Source: a virus. Taken from it: a stretch of 64,000 bases of DNA. Location: positions 1-64,000 of the IMG/VR virus record IMGVR_UViG_3300045988_146036; one strand, written 5' to 3'. Shown here one piece after another: positions 1-8,345 of this stretch (positions within the stretch are counted from its first letter, which is position 1; every line of letters begins with the position of its first letter). The position numbers were made by a program, and so were the translations under genes. The notes under the pieces were generated by a model. It was not told where the DNA came from. It saw only the letters and a list, made by a program, of their open reading frames with translations, and ran no database searches.

Positions 1-39
1 ATTTTTTTTTCAAAATTTCAATGCGCCCCAGAACCACAA

Positions 40-303
40 TTAGCATTTTTCACGTACTTTGAAGAATTTTTTCAGTGTAGGAATATCCTTAATTCCAAAA
101 TCTGAAAAGTCTTGCAAAAGCTTTAAAGCTTCTGCTTGCTTCAAGCGTTCTTGTTTGTCGGGAAATCCGTCAAAGTAGTGTGTTACACAGAAGTGTCCTC
201 CTGTATAAGTCATACTAACTTGCCATAAATTGAGGCCGTCCGCTAAGGTTAAGAAAATCTTCTTTCCTTGTGTTTTGTTCTTGCTGTTAATAGGTCTTGC
301 CAT
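40..303 (-). CDS. hypothetical protein (87 aa)
   Basis: ORF with GGAGG RBS 8 nt upstream; follows consensus promoter at 335-363. Confidence 0.4.
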   Translation of the reverse strand: MARPINSKNKTQGKKIFLTLADGLNLWQVSMTYTGGHFCVTHYFDGFPDKQERLKQAEALKLLQDFSDFGIKDIPTLKKFFKVREKC

Positions 304-334
304 GTTTTATACCTCCTAAAATGATTATATAATG

Positions 335-363
335 ATTATACAACACTTTTCACTATTTGTCAA
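335..363 (-). promoter_or_regulatory. sigma-A type promoter TTGACA-N17-TATAAT (minus strand)
   Basis: Minus strand reads TTGACAaatagtgaaaagtgttgTATAAT; -35 at 358-363, -10 at 335-340. Confidence 0.6.
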
Positions 364-512
364 TCCACAAAATCAAAATAATGGTTATATGCAGAAATAA
401 GATGCTTCCTGCCATCATTAAACTCCGCTATGTACATTAAGTTATCATTATCAAATTTAATAGATTTTAGCATAGATACTTTATAGCTGATTATAGCTTT
501 ATTGCCCTTCAT
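360..512 (-). CDS. small hypothetical ORF (50 aa, below tool cutoff)
   Basis: ATG at 512-510 reads MKGNKAIISY...; fills an otherwise empty gap; weak RBS. Confidence 0.25.
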   Translation of the reverse strand: MKGNKAIISYKVSMLKSIKFDNDNLMYIAEFNDGRKHLISAYNHYFDFVD

Positions 513-541
513 TAAAACTACTTTCACTTCTTATAACCCCC

Positions 542-703
542 TTAATAGCGGTATCCGTCTTTATAAAGCAACATACGCTTTACACCGCAAGCACCTGCTG
601 GGAGTCCCCAGCTATGACAATCATGTGTGTTCTTGCGCTCATAGTGTGCCAACTTTTTTGTAAGCTGTTTCATACTTGCTTTATGTTTTCTAATACTTTT
701 CAT
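542..703 (-). CDS. small hypothetical ORF (53 aa, below tool cutoff)
   Basis: GGAGG RBS then ATG at 703-701, reads MKSIRKHKAS...; Cys/His-containing. Confidence 0.3.
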   Translation of the reverse strand: MKSIRKHKASMKQLTKKLAHYERKNTHDCHSWGLPAGACGVKRMLLYKDGYRY

Positions 704-730
704 TTTCTGTACCTCCCAGGAATATTTTTG

Positions 731-928
731 TTATTCCGCAATGTTTTCAAGAATACAACGCAAATATTGCTCATCCTCTCCATATGGTAATTGCCACTTA
801 AAATCATAACTACCATTAGGCAATTCCTGCATTTCATAGTCAACGCCTGCCAGCTTGCAAGCGGCTATTGCTGCATAAATGTAACCACTGCTAATATTAA
901 GATATTCATATGTTTGTTCATATTTCAT
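731..928 (-). CDS. hypothetical protein (65 aa)
   Basis: ORF only. Confidence 0.35.
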   Translation of the reverse strand: MKYEQTYEYLNISSGYIYAAIAACKLAGVDYEMQELPNGSYDFKWQLPYGEDEQYLRCILENIAE

Positions 929-947
929 ATACCATTACCCCCCTAAT

Positions 948-1175
948 TTATTTATTATCCCATACTTCTCTATACCTTGACTGCGCATATGCAATATTGC
1001 CGCCATCAATAATGATATACTCTATTTTGCTTTCACGTCCTCTTACAATAATTACATTGTGTTTATCAATTAATACATAACTGTGCAATTCATTCTCAAT
1101 GAATGACTTAATTGGTATCATTCGTCTTTCACTCTGCACGTTTACAATATGCTTTTTATTCTGCTTCGCTTTCAT
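948..1175 (-). CDS. hypothetical protein (75 aa)
   Basis: ORF with AAGGAGG RBS; promoter at 1234-1262 upstream. Confidence 0.4.
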   Translation of the reverse strand: MKAKQNKKHIVNVQSERRMIPIKSFIENELHSYVLIDKHNVIIVRGRESKIEYIIIDGGNIAYAQSRYREVWDNK

Positions 1176-1233
1176 TTAATAGCCTCCTTATGTAATCAGT
1201 AGTACCTTCATTTCCTTTAACTACCTTGACTAT

Positions 1234-1262
1234 ATAATACCATAGTTCCTATATACTGTCAA
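1234..1262 (-). promoter_or_regulatory. sigma-A type promoter TTGACA-N17-TATTAT
   Basis: Minus strand reads TTGACAgtatataggaactatggTATTAT. Confidence 0.5.
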
Positions 1263-1316
1263 GCACTTTTTATAAATTTGCAAGAAAAAATGCAGTAAAT
1301 AATTACCGCATAAGCT

Positions 1317-1556
1317 CTAATCATTGTACATATCGTACAACAACTCCAAATGATTTTTAAGGTTTAAATCAAAAAGCTCCATTAAACACTCAACTTCAAT
1401 AAGCTTTCTAGTAATTACCTTTTCATTTCCTCTATAAAAGGGACTATTTGTCTTTCCAGATACTTTATACTCTCTACGTGTCTGATAAGCACGTTCTAAG
1501 GCAATCAAGCTATGATGAAGTTTCAAAAATGCTTTTTCTTTAACGTCGTTTTTCAA
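1317..1556 (-). CDS. hypothetical protein (79 aa)
   Basis: ORF only. Confidence 0.35.
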   Translation of the reverse strand: MKNDVKEKAFLKLHHSLIALERAYQTRREYKVSGKTNSPFYRGNEKVITRKLIEVECLMELFDLNLKNHLELLYDMYND

Positions 1557-1642
1557 TTTAATTCCTCCAGTTCTTTTACAAAATCATAAATACCAAAAAG
1601 GATAAAAGGATAAAAGGTATATAAAATGCTCCTACCAAATAC

Positions 1643-1669
1643 TCTCCGTGGTAAATCATCCACAGAGAG
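1643..1669 (-). terminator. possible hairpin terminator downstream of the 1718-2203 gene
   Basis: Inverted repeat ctctccgtgg/ccacagagag (9 of 10 bp) with 8-nt loop, then a modest T-rich stretch on the minus strand. Confidence 0.3.
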
Positions 1670-1717
1670 ATTTGGAAAGTCAGCAGTATAAACACAAAGT
1701 ATATAGCCAACAATAAT

Positions 1718-2203
1718 TTATTCAATATCAATGTACCCCCAAGGTGTTTCCTCTACCCCTTCGGAAATTTCATTATACACCTTATCATGCAAGCTTTTTG
1801 TAATTGCCTCATTGTCATAAACATATGAGATTAAATCTTTGCCATAAAACTTGCAATGTTTTACCTCGTAATCTAAGTCATTGCAGCTCCAACAAAGAAA
1901 GTTATAAGGTGTTGCATAAAACAATGCGTTGATAAGGTCTTTATCATAACTATCATAAGCATACTCCAAGAAGTTCATAGCGTTTTCAAGAGTTACACCG
2001 CCTCCCATATCACCGAAGGAAGTTTCTGTAATAACTCCTGCAACTCCGTCTACATTTTTAACATTAAAGATGTGTTTCAAGTCTACTTTCAACTCATCCC
2101 AATCTGCATAATTAAGCAAGTTAACATTATCTTCCTTGCCGTTAAGAGTAATGTTTACATTAATAAATGCGTCTGTTTTCATTGTTAAATACCTCGCTTT
2201 CAT
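1718..2203 (-). CDS. acidic hypothetical protein (161 aa; true start probably the second ATG, MKTDAF...)
   Basis: D/E-rich ORF; the first ATG lies only about 12 nt from the -10 of the promoter at 2215-2243, so the downstream ATG with a GAGGT RBS is the likelier start. Confidence 0.4.
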   Translation of the reverse strand: MKARYLTMKTDAFINVNITLNGKEDNVNLLNYADWDELKVDLKHIFNVKNVDGVAGVITETSFGDMGGGVTLENAMNFLEYAYDSYDKDLINALFYATPYNFLCWSCNDLDYEVKHCKFYGKDLISYVYDNEAITKSLHDKVYNEISEGVEETPWGYIDIE

Positions 2204-2385
2204 TTGATGTGTCTATTATAGCATCTTAAAAACCGTTTGTCAACACTTATTTTTGAAAAAGCTTCAAAAATTATTCGGTACAAACATATTGTTGCAAAAA
2301 CGCCGCTTATAAAAAGGTGCGCTTTGAATGTAAGAATCACAATAGCTGCCATACATAGAATTAAAATAAAAATAATATAATTCAT
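2200..2385 (-). CDS. small membrane protein (61 aa)
   Basis: N-terminal hydrophobic helix MNYIIFILILCMAAIVILTF; GGAGG RBS. Confidence 0.4.
   Translation of the reverse strand: MNYIIFILILCMAAIVILTFKAHLFISGVFATICLYRIIFEAFSKISVDKRFLRCYNRHIK
2215..2243 (-). promoter_or_regulatory. sigma-A type promoter TTGACA-N17-TATAAT
   Basis: -35 at 2238-2243 and -10 at 2215-2220 (minus strand). Confidence 0.55.
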
Positions 2386-2414
2386 TCTACCCTCCTATAA
2401 AAATTCCCCTTATC

Positions 2415-2443
2415 AGTCTAACACGTCAAAGGGGAATTGTCAA
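2415..2443 (-). promoter_or_regulatory. possible promoter with TTGACA -35 and weak -10 (TAGACT)
   Basis: TTGACAA at 2438-2443 on the minus strand; -10 is poor. Confidence 0.3.
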
Positions 2444-3172
2444 TTACAAATAGCTGTCTGTATCTAAACAATAAAATGCATCATATAATAAGTAGAAATC
2501 TCCTGCTTCCTTTGTAAATTCCCTGTCAAAATGATAATGTCCAAAGAACCATTTAAACTTATGATTTTTTGTACATAAATGTTTATATAGCTTTTCTAAT
2601 TGTTTCGTAGAAATTGTTGGCTGCACACTGTCAATACATCTTGCTACATATAAATCTGTAAGAATAGATGTAGGACAACAATGTGTTATAATGCAGTCTA
2701 CATTATCAGAATTTTTTATAGCGTTTTCAACTTCTACATCTTCAATCGTTTCCTGTTCCCACCAGGATAAGTTTGGCGTTCTAAGAAATTTATCATGTGA
2801 CTCCGCTCCACCTAAAGCAAGGAATTTTTTGCCGTCAATGAGGAAGCTTTCACCACGTACTAAATGATAACATTTATTACATAGTTTTTGTACCTTACCT
2901 CCCCAACGCTTTGTAATTGGAAATTCTTTGTAATCATTCAATCTTGCAAAGTTTTCGTGGTTTCCGTCGCAGAAAAGCACTGTACATTTTAGTTTCTGTA
3001 TAAAAGCACGTAATCTTTTCTTCTCATCTAAAACACCCTTCTTTAAAGAAGAATGTGTCCATACCCAACCAAAATCTCCGCATATAATTAGGAAATCTTC
3101 TGATTTAAAATCAACTCCGTCAAACTTCCAAGTATCAAAATTTTGGTGGATGTCGCCTGTAATATAAATCAA
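2444..3172 (-). CDS. calcineurin-like metallophosphoesterase
   Basis: Motifs GDIH...GDFG...GNHE typical of the MPE superfamily. Confidence 0.65.
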   Translation of the reverse strand: MIYITGDIHQNFDTWKFDGVDFKSEDFLIICGDFGWVWTHSSLKKGVLDEKKRLRAFIQKLKCTVLFCDGNHENFARLNDYKEFPITKRWGGKVQKLCNKCYHLVRGESFLIDGKKFLALGGAESHDKFLRTPNLSWWEQETIEDVEVENAIKNSDNVDCIITHCCPTSILTDLYVARCIDSVQPTISTKQLEKLYKHLCTKNHKFKWFFGHYHFDREFTKEAGDFYLLYDAFYCLDTDSYL

Positions 3173-3658
3173 TTAGCACCCCTCCATATTAAGCTTTTTC
3201 CACTTCTTAATAATTCCCTTCAAAGGAAATACACAGTATCCCATTTTTTCCAAGGAAATAAGAATGTGTCTTTTATCTCTTAAAGCAGGTTTATCATGTA
3301 AATGTCCATGAATATTTACATCTTGCGAAAAACGCTTTAATGGTTTATGTGTAAAAATAATATTAATTCCCATATAGTCCATTGTAAATGAATCACATGC
3401 AAAGTCAAAGACTTTCATAAAAGCCTCGCAGGAATGTTTATCGTGATTTCCTCTTACAAGAATCTTTCTTCCATGCAATTTTTCAAGAACACTATAATCA
3501 TTTCGCCAAGAAATATCCCCTAAGAGAATGACAATATCTTCATCCTTTACCTGCTTATTCCAATTTCTAATAAGCTTTCGTTCATAATCTTTTGGGCGCA
3601 AACCGCTCTCAATCATCATATCATGGTTGAAGTGCGTGTCAGCTACAAGATAAATCAT
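3173..3658 (-). CDS. calcineurin-like metallophosphoesterase (second, tandem)
   Basis: Motifs ADTHFNHD...LGDI...GNHD; start abuts the stop of the upstream gene. Confidence 0.65.
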   Translation of the reverse strand: MIYLVADTHFNHDMMIESGLRPKDYERKLIRNWNKQVKDEDIVILLGDISWRNDYSVLEKLHGRKILVRGNHDKHSCEAFMKVFDFACDSFTMDYMGINIIFTHKPLKRFSQDVNIHGHLHDKPALRDKRHILISLEKMGYCVFPLKGIIKKWKKLNMEGC

Positions 3659-3897
3659 AATATCCCCCTTATCTTCAAATAAAGCTCCACAGGCATATAA
3701 ATAGACTGATTGTATGGGAGTAGCGTCACAGCCGTTAGCTGCTTCTTTTCCTCCGTTTCAAGCTCATTCCTATGTAGCTCGAATAAACAGTTAATTAAGG
3801 AATATAGTTGTTTAGTAGTTGTTACTTTTACAGTAATCATGTTACTGCCTCCTTTCTTTGATATATTAAGTATAACGCAATCTTCACAGAATGTCAA
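3655..3897 (-). CDS. hypothetical protein (80 aa)
   Basis: ORF with 4-nt overlap coupling. Confidence 0.35.
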   Translation of the reverse strand: MTFCEDCVILNISKKGGSNMITVKVTTTKQLYSLINCLFELHRNELETEEKKQLTAVTLLPYNQSIYMPVELYLKIRGIL

Positions 3898-4388
3898 GCA
3901 TTAATATTATATCCCTCTATATGCGCCAGCTTACTTAAATCTAAGTTGTAATTATCTACAAAACCTTTTAACAAACTTTTCCTCAACTTTCTAGGAAATC
4001 TCATAAAATATTCATATGTATTCATATTTAACCAAGCATTTGTTAAAGCTTCTGTTGAGGCCAAGCTAAATACCATGCGTCTAAAAGCATCTTCATATTG
4101 TATTGGTATATCTTCTGTGTAAGACATTTTCCTATACTGCAAATTATGTTTAAAAAGTATATAAAAAGCTTTTTCCTTTAATGATGTGGGAAGTGCATTT
4201 AAAAACTTCTTATAAAAGGCACATACTCTTCTATACCCATAAGCTCTACGCTCAGCATAACTATAAGAAAGACTGTAATCAAAACTATCATACTGTTTAT
4301 AGCGTCTGGAACGCTTATGGTATCTGTTATAGGTACATGACCAATCAAACCAATCCCCACTTTCAAACATATAATCTTCTGCACTCAT
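3894..4388 (-). CDS. hypothetical protein (164 aa), Tyr/Arg-rich
   Basis: ORF with AAGGAGG RBS; promoter at 4411-4439. Confidence 0.4.
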   Translation of the reverse strand: MSAEDYMFESGDWFDWSCTYNRYHKRSRRYKQYDSFDYSLSYSYAERRAYGYRRVCAFYKKFLNALPTSLKEKAFYILFKHNLQYRKMSYTEDIPIQYEDAFRRMVFSLASTEALTNAWLNMNTYEYFMRFPRKLRKSLLKGFVDNYNLDLSKLAHIEGYNINA

Positions 4389-4410
4389 ATGAATACCTCC
4401 TTATGTGCTT

Positions 4411-4439
4411 ATTATAACAGAAAAAGCGCACCATGTCAA
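4411..4439 (-). promoter_or_regulatory. sigma-A type promoter TTGACA-N17-TATAAT (extended -10 TGt)
   Basis: Minus strand reads TTGACAtggtgcgctttttctgtTATAAT. Confidence 0.6.
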
Positions 4440-4449
4440 GTGCGCTTTT
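4422..4449 (-). terminator. rho-independent terminator hairpin overlapping the -35 of the next promoter
   Basis: Perfect 10-bp inverted repeat aaaagcgcac/gtgcgctttt followed by TTTTTCTGTT on the minus strand. Confidence 0.5.
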
Positions 4450-4450
4450 A

Positions 4451-4744
4451 TTATTTTACTTCTTCCCAAGCATGATAAACATATTCTACTTTCCGCACCT
4501 TGCATAATTTAATTGTAGAATTATTCTTATTTAAAGTTGCACCCCAAGTAGTATCTTTATAAACAAAGATAGTATAGCTAACATTACTTGCGTTTAAATG
4601 GGAACCTCCTTTTTCTAGCGCATGTGCTTGTACTGTGTTCCAAAATAAATTACCTTCAATATCCGTAATTAGAATAGTACTCCCATTCTGAATCTTATTA
4701 AATACAATATCAAAGTTATTATCATAGGGAAATTCTGTAATCAA
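4451..4744 (-). CDS. hypothetical protein (97 aa)
   Basis: ORF only. Confidence 0.35.
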   Translation of the reverse strand: MITEFPYDNNFDIVFNKIQNGSTILITDIEGNLFWNTVQAHALEKGGSHLNASNVSYTIFVYKDTTWGATLNKNNSTIKLCKVRKVEYVYHAWEEVK

Positions 4745-5187
4745 TTACACTTCACCACCTTCCACCAATATCGTAAAGCTTTTCCTTCGGGAACGTCTTT
4801 ATCATCAAGCCAAGCTTTTGCAATTTCAACAAATTTTACATCCTCTACAATACCTGCATAATCGCTTGCAATCATATTAAGTGTAAAATACCAATCAAAT
4901 TTATTATATTTTTCCCAACTTAAACCAAGTTTTTCAGCCGCAGCCACACAAGCAGGGAATGTATAAGTTTCCCCTTTAGTGCCGTTTATATTATCCATAC
5001 CTTGTACAGCTTCTGTTGCAAGCTCACTATTAAAATGCTCGCCATAAAGATATGTGTACATTGGATAAAAAGCTTTTTGCATAACAGGCTTTCCAACAAC
5101 TTCTTCAAATTTTTTAAAGAAATTCTCTTGTTCAGTTTTATTAGAAAATTCGTCCATAATAGTATTAAAAAGTTTTAAAGTTTCCAT
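4741..5187 (-). CDS. hypothetical protein (148 aa)
   Basis: ORF; GGAGG RBS. Confidence 0.4.
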   Translation of the reverse strand: METLKLFNTIMDEFSNKTEQENFFKKFEEVVGKPVMQKAFYPMYTYLYGEHFNSELATEAVQGMDNINGTKGETYTFPACVAAAEKLGLSWEKYNKFDWYFTLNMIASDYAGIVEDVKFVEIAKAWLDDKDVPEGKALRYWWKVVKCN

Positions 5188-5189
5188 AT

Positions 5190-5384
5190 TTATACCTCCT
5201 TACGTGTATAGGCTACACCTGCGTATAAATAAACGCTGTCTTTTTGCTCTAATAAGCACTCTAAGACATATTCTTTATTATCAATCACTACTAAAACAGG
5301 TGCGTTCTTTTTACTAATATCTTTAAAAAAATCTTGCACAGTTTTAACACTTAAAGTATCTGGCGTTTTAGTTGGAGTATACAT
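5190..5384 (-). CDS. hypothetical protein (64 aa)
   Basis: ORF; GAGGTGA RBS. Confidence 0.35.
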   Translation of the reverse strand: MYTPTKTPDTLSVKTVQDFFKDISKKNAPVLVVIDNKEYVLECLLEQKDSVYLYAGVAYTRKEV

Positions 5385-5484
5385 TAGTTATCACCTCTTT
5401 CCATTAAATACAGAAGATACAATGTGATACATGCAAAGGCGTAAGAACCAAACATGAAAAAGCAGAATACGTAATTTTCGTCCA

Positions 5485-5718
5485 TTATTTCACCTCAATA
5501 TAAGTCTTGCCAATTTTAAGTTCATTGCAAATTCTATTAAAGTCAAACACCGCTTCTTTATAGCTTGCATACTCTTTAGCTGTCGTAGTATAAAGCCCTG
5601 AAGTCCTAATTTTTAAAGCAGTGTTATTATTAGTGTCAGTGCTTAAAAATACACTTATAACATTCATAAAAATCGTATTATTACAACGAAATATAAACAT
5701 TTTAATTACCTCTTTCAT
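5485..5718 (-). CDS. hypothetical protein (77 aa)
   Basis: ORF only. Confidence 0.3.
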   Translation of the reverse strand: MKEVIKMFIFRCNNTIFMNVISVFLSTDTNNNTALKIRTSGLYTTTAKEYASYKEAVFDFNRICNELKIGKTYIEVK

Positions 5719-6094
5719 ATAAAGACTTGTTCATATTACAAAGTATTCCTTCTTTACGTGTTACCCATGCAGTAACGACATATCCACTCTTTGCAATAAC
5801 ATAAACATAAGACTTAAATCTATCAACTCTTATGCTTATGCAGGCTTTTTCAATTACGCCATTTTCAACATAAACCTCGAAAATATTACCCCTTGTTCTT
5901 GCAATAGCTGCATTTATTTGGGGAATTTTTGTTCTCCCCTTTTTGCCAAGTTGCTGCAAAAAGTGTTTTGAATACGTCAGTTGCGGCAAATTCTTCAAAA
6001 AGCCGTCTAAGTCTAAAAATACTGGAAAATATACATCTTTATGATACCGTTTCATAGTAACCTCCTTTTCTTTGTTACCTATATAGTACCACAT
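5702..6094 (-). CDS. hypothetical protein (130 aa)
   Basis: ORF with GGAGG RBS directly downstream of the promoter at 6083-6111. Confidence 0.4.
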   Translation of the reverse strand: MWYYIGNKEKEVTMKRYHKDVYFPVFLDLDGFLKNLPQLTYSKHFLQQLGKKGRTKIPQINAAIARTRGNIFEVYVENGVIEKACISIRVDRFKSYVYVIAKSGYVVTAWVTRKEGILCNMNKSLYERGN

Positions 6095-6111
6095 TTTCTA
6101 AACATTGTCAA
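6083..6111 (-). promoter_or_regulatory. sigma-A type promoter TTGACA-N17-TACTAT
   Basis: Minus strand reads TTGACAatgtttagaaaatgtggTACTAT, then GGAGG and ATG. Confidence 0.55.
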
Positions 6112-6191
6112 GCACTATTTTTAAATTTATAGGTATTTATACCTACATTCACTTTTGAACGCATACAAGCCAAATCTGCGTGCCTGGGATA

Positions 6192-6222
6192 TATAAATAA
6201 AGAGTGCTCCGTTAGGAGCACC
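6192..6222 (-). terminator. rho-independent terminator of the flotillin gene
   Basis: Hairpin gtgctcc-gtta-ggagcac followed by a T-run on the minus strand. Confidence 0.55.
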
Positions 6223-6230
6223 CTTGCTAA

Positions 6231-7676
6231 TTAAGACTTTTTAGCTGCATTTTTAACAGGAATTGCTCCTTTAATAGCAACATTCTTATTAACCTTTGCA
6301 TCAATGGTATTTGCGTCTGCAATAGCTTTCAAATCTACACCAGTAGCAGATTTCATGGTATCAAAAACTTGCGCCATAACAGTAGGGGTATTTCCTGCCA
6401 AAGTGCTAACATCACCATTGCCATACACTTTCATTTCCTTAATGTTGGAAAGCGGTGTTGCAATAGCCTTTGCAACTTCTGGGAGAACCTTAATAGCCAT
6501 TTCAGCCATAGCTGCCTTGCCATACTCTTTCATAGCCTCTGCTTTTTTCTGCAAAGCCTCTGCTTCTGCCAAGCCTTTTGCTTTAATAGCCTCTGCTTCT
6601 GCCAAACCTTTTAATCGAATAGCTTCTGCTTCCTTTTCAGCACTATATTTCAAAGCTTCTGCTTGTTTTTGCTGTTTAGCAAGTTCTGCCTCTGCATTTT
6701 GTTTAGTAACAAAAAGGTCTGCTTCTGCCTCTTTTTCACGGCGATACTTTTCAGCATCTGCTTGTCTGCGTACTGTTGCATCTAAGCTCTTTTCTTGTAC
6801 CTTTGCTTCCTGCTCTTGCAAAGCTACTTCTTTTTCACGCTGCGCAATTTCAGCTTCCACCATACGTGTTTTAAGAATCTTATCTTGTTCTGCTTCTTTA
6901 ATGTTGTAAGCTGCGTCTGCTTCTGCTTGCTTAATGTCTGCCTCTTGTTTAAGTTCAGACTTACGAATTGCAACTTCATTCTGTTTTTCTGCAATTTGTT
7001 TAGCACTGTTCATTTTTGCTTCATTAGCTCGTTTATCTGCTTCTGCTTGTGCAATTTGAACATCACGTTCAGCCTCTGCTTTAGCAATTTGAGCTTGCTT
7101 ACGAATTTGTGCGATATTGTCAATACCTAAATTGTTAATAGCATCACAATCATCTGTAATAGACTGAATATTGAAAGACAATACTTCAATACCAAGTTTT
7201 CCCAAATCTTCAACAGCACTGGACTGTACTTTATCAGCAAGCTTTTGGCGGTCATTTACCATTGCTTTTAATTCCATAGAACCTGCAATATCACGCAAAG
7301 AACCTTCCAAAATTTGACGTGCAGTAACTTCGATTGCATCTTCATCACGATTTAAGAAGTTGACACATGCAAGTTTAATGCTTTCAGTATCATTCTTAAT
7401 CTTTACAGTAGCAAAAGCATCCAAGTTGACGTTGATATAATCAGTTGTTGGTACAGAATCTGATGTATTAACATCAACATTTACCAAACCAAGATTAATA
7501 TAGTCAAGACGCTCCAAGAAGGGAATTTTAAAACCTGCTTTACCAATATAGATACGTGGCTCTTTAGAGAAGCCGCTTACAATACCTGCCATATCAGTAG
7601 GGATTTTAAAGTATCCCTTAGTAAAAATAATCATAAGTGCAAATAAGATAATAATTCCTGTAATAATAAGTACCAA
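6231..7676 (-). CDS. flotillin / SPFH (band-7) family membrane protein
   Basis: N-terminal TM helix, SPFH-like core (PFLERLDYINLGLVNVDVN...), and a long Ala/Glu/Lys coiled-coil with AEAEA repeats typical of flotillins; TTG start. Confidence 0.7.
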   Translation of the reverse strand: MVLIITGIIILFALMIIFTKGYFKIPTDMAGIVSGFSKEPRIYIGKAGFKIPFLERLDYINLGLVNVDVNTSDSVPTTDYINVNLDAFATVKIKNDTESIKLACVNFLNRDEDAIEVTARQILEGSLRDIAGSMELKAMVNDRQKLADKVQSSAVEDLGKLGIEVLSFNIQSITDDCDAINNLGIDNIAQIRKQAQIAKAEAERDVQIAQAEADKRANEAKMNSAKQIAEKQNEVAIRKSELKQEADIKQAEADAAYNIKEAEQDKILKTRMVEAEIAQREKEVALQEQEAKVQEKSLDATVRRQADAEKYRREKEAEADLFVTKQNAEAELAKQQKQAEALKYSAEKEAEAIRLKGLAEAEAIKAKGLAEAEALQKKAEAMKEYGKAAMAEMAIKVLPEVAKAIATPLSNIKEMKVYGNGDVSTLAGNTPTVMAQVFDTMKSATGVDLKAIADANTIDAKVNKNVAIKGAIPVKNAAKKS

Positions 7677-7761
7677 TTTAAATTCTCCTTTATTTTAAAA
7701 ATGTTTGTAGATTATAAGAGTTTTTAAATCGGCGGTGAACGAATTAACATAAAGACACCTC

Positions 7762-8187
7762 TTATTCCTTAATTTCATCCTCCATAAACCACTCAAATGT
7801 TAAATTGTACTCTGTCATAAGTAATGCACGTGCAATAGTATCAATAGGCTGGTGCATTACCGCTTCATAGACGCAGGCTTCGATACTTCTATCCATATTT
7901 TCCACAGCCATAATAGTACAGTGAAGTAATTCGTGAATTAAAACAAGTTCTTCACAATGTTTAAAAACAAGGTCTACATCTGTACAATGCGAGATTGTAA
8001 TTATGGCTGTTTTAGTTGAATGAGTAACATTATTAATGCCGTCACAAGTATCGTTACCCTCTTTAATAGCCTCATCTACAAGTTTTGTTTTAATCAGCCA
8101 ATCATTTAGCTGCAAAATTCCTTGCCATTTCCGAGTAGCTTGTTGCAACTCTTTCTCATCTTTAAAACACATAATTGGTTGCTTCAT
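7762..8187 (-). CDS. HExxH-motif protein, possible ImmA/IrrE-like metallopeptidase
   Basis: Motif LIHELLHCT (HExxH); 141 aa. Confidence 0.3.
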   Translation of the reverse strand: MKQPIMCFKDEKELQQATRKWQGILQLNDWLIKTKLVDEAIKEGNDTCDGINNVTHSTKTAIITISHCTDVDLVFKHCEELVLIHELLHCTIMAVENMDRSIEACVYEAVMHQPIDTIARALLMTEYNLTFEWFMEDEIKE

Positions 8188-8333
8188 TTTAAATTCTCCT
8201 TTTCGATTGTTGCACGAATATTAGCAATAGCTTTACGCAAGTAGTCAAGTTCACCACTACTACGCCACATATCTATACAGAAACTTACTGTCGCAGCCAA
8301 ATTTGCTTTCTCTACTTCGGTTTGCCATGTCAT
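8184..8333 (-). CDS. small ORF (49 aa) translationally coupled to the HExxH gene
   Basis: TAAGGAG RBS, ATG at 8333-8331, stop TGA overlaps the downstream ATG (ATGA). Confidence 0.35.
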   Translation of the reverse strand: MTWQTEVEKANLAATVSFCIDMWRSSGELDYLRKAIANIRATIEKENLK

Positions 8334-8345
8334 TTTTACCACTCC

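Noticed and set aside
1226-1239. Plus-strand TTGACT immediately followed by TATAAT
   Set aside because: Spacer is only 1 nt, so it cannot be a functional promoter. It is the reverse-strand view of the real minus-strand promoter context.
3710-4417. Short plus-strand ORFs (64 and 78 aa)
   Set aside because: They overlap minus-strand genes, lack an RBS, and everything else in the window is minus-strand.
6541-6640. Near-identical approximately 33-nt direct DNA repeats (gcctctgcttctgccaa...)
   Set aside because: They are coding repeats of the flotillin KGLAEAEA coiled-coil, not a CRISPR array or mobile repeat. Spacing is irregular and they sit inside a CDS.
6304-7130. Long plus-strand ORFs (201, 81 and 111 aa) rich in Ala, Ser, Cys, Phe and Leu
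   Set aside because: They lie antisense to the flotillin coiled-coil region, whose GCT/GAA/AAG codon repeats create open antisense frames of Ala-, Ser- and Cys-rich low-complexity nonsense. No RBS.
7677-7761. Promoter upstream of the flotillin gene
   Set aside because: A TATAAT is present (7701-7706, minus strand), but the -35 (GTTCAC) is poor and there is no TTGACA. Possibly a weak or regulated promoter, or read-through. Not called.
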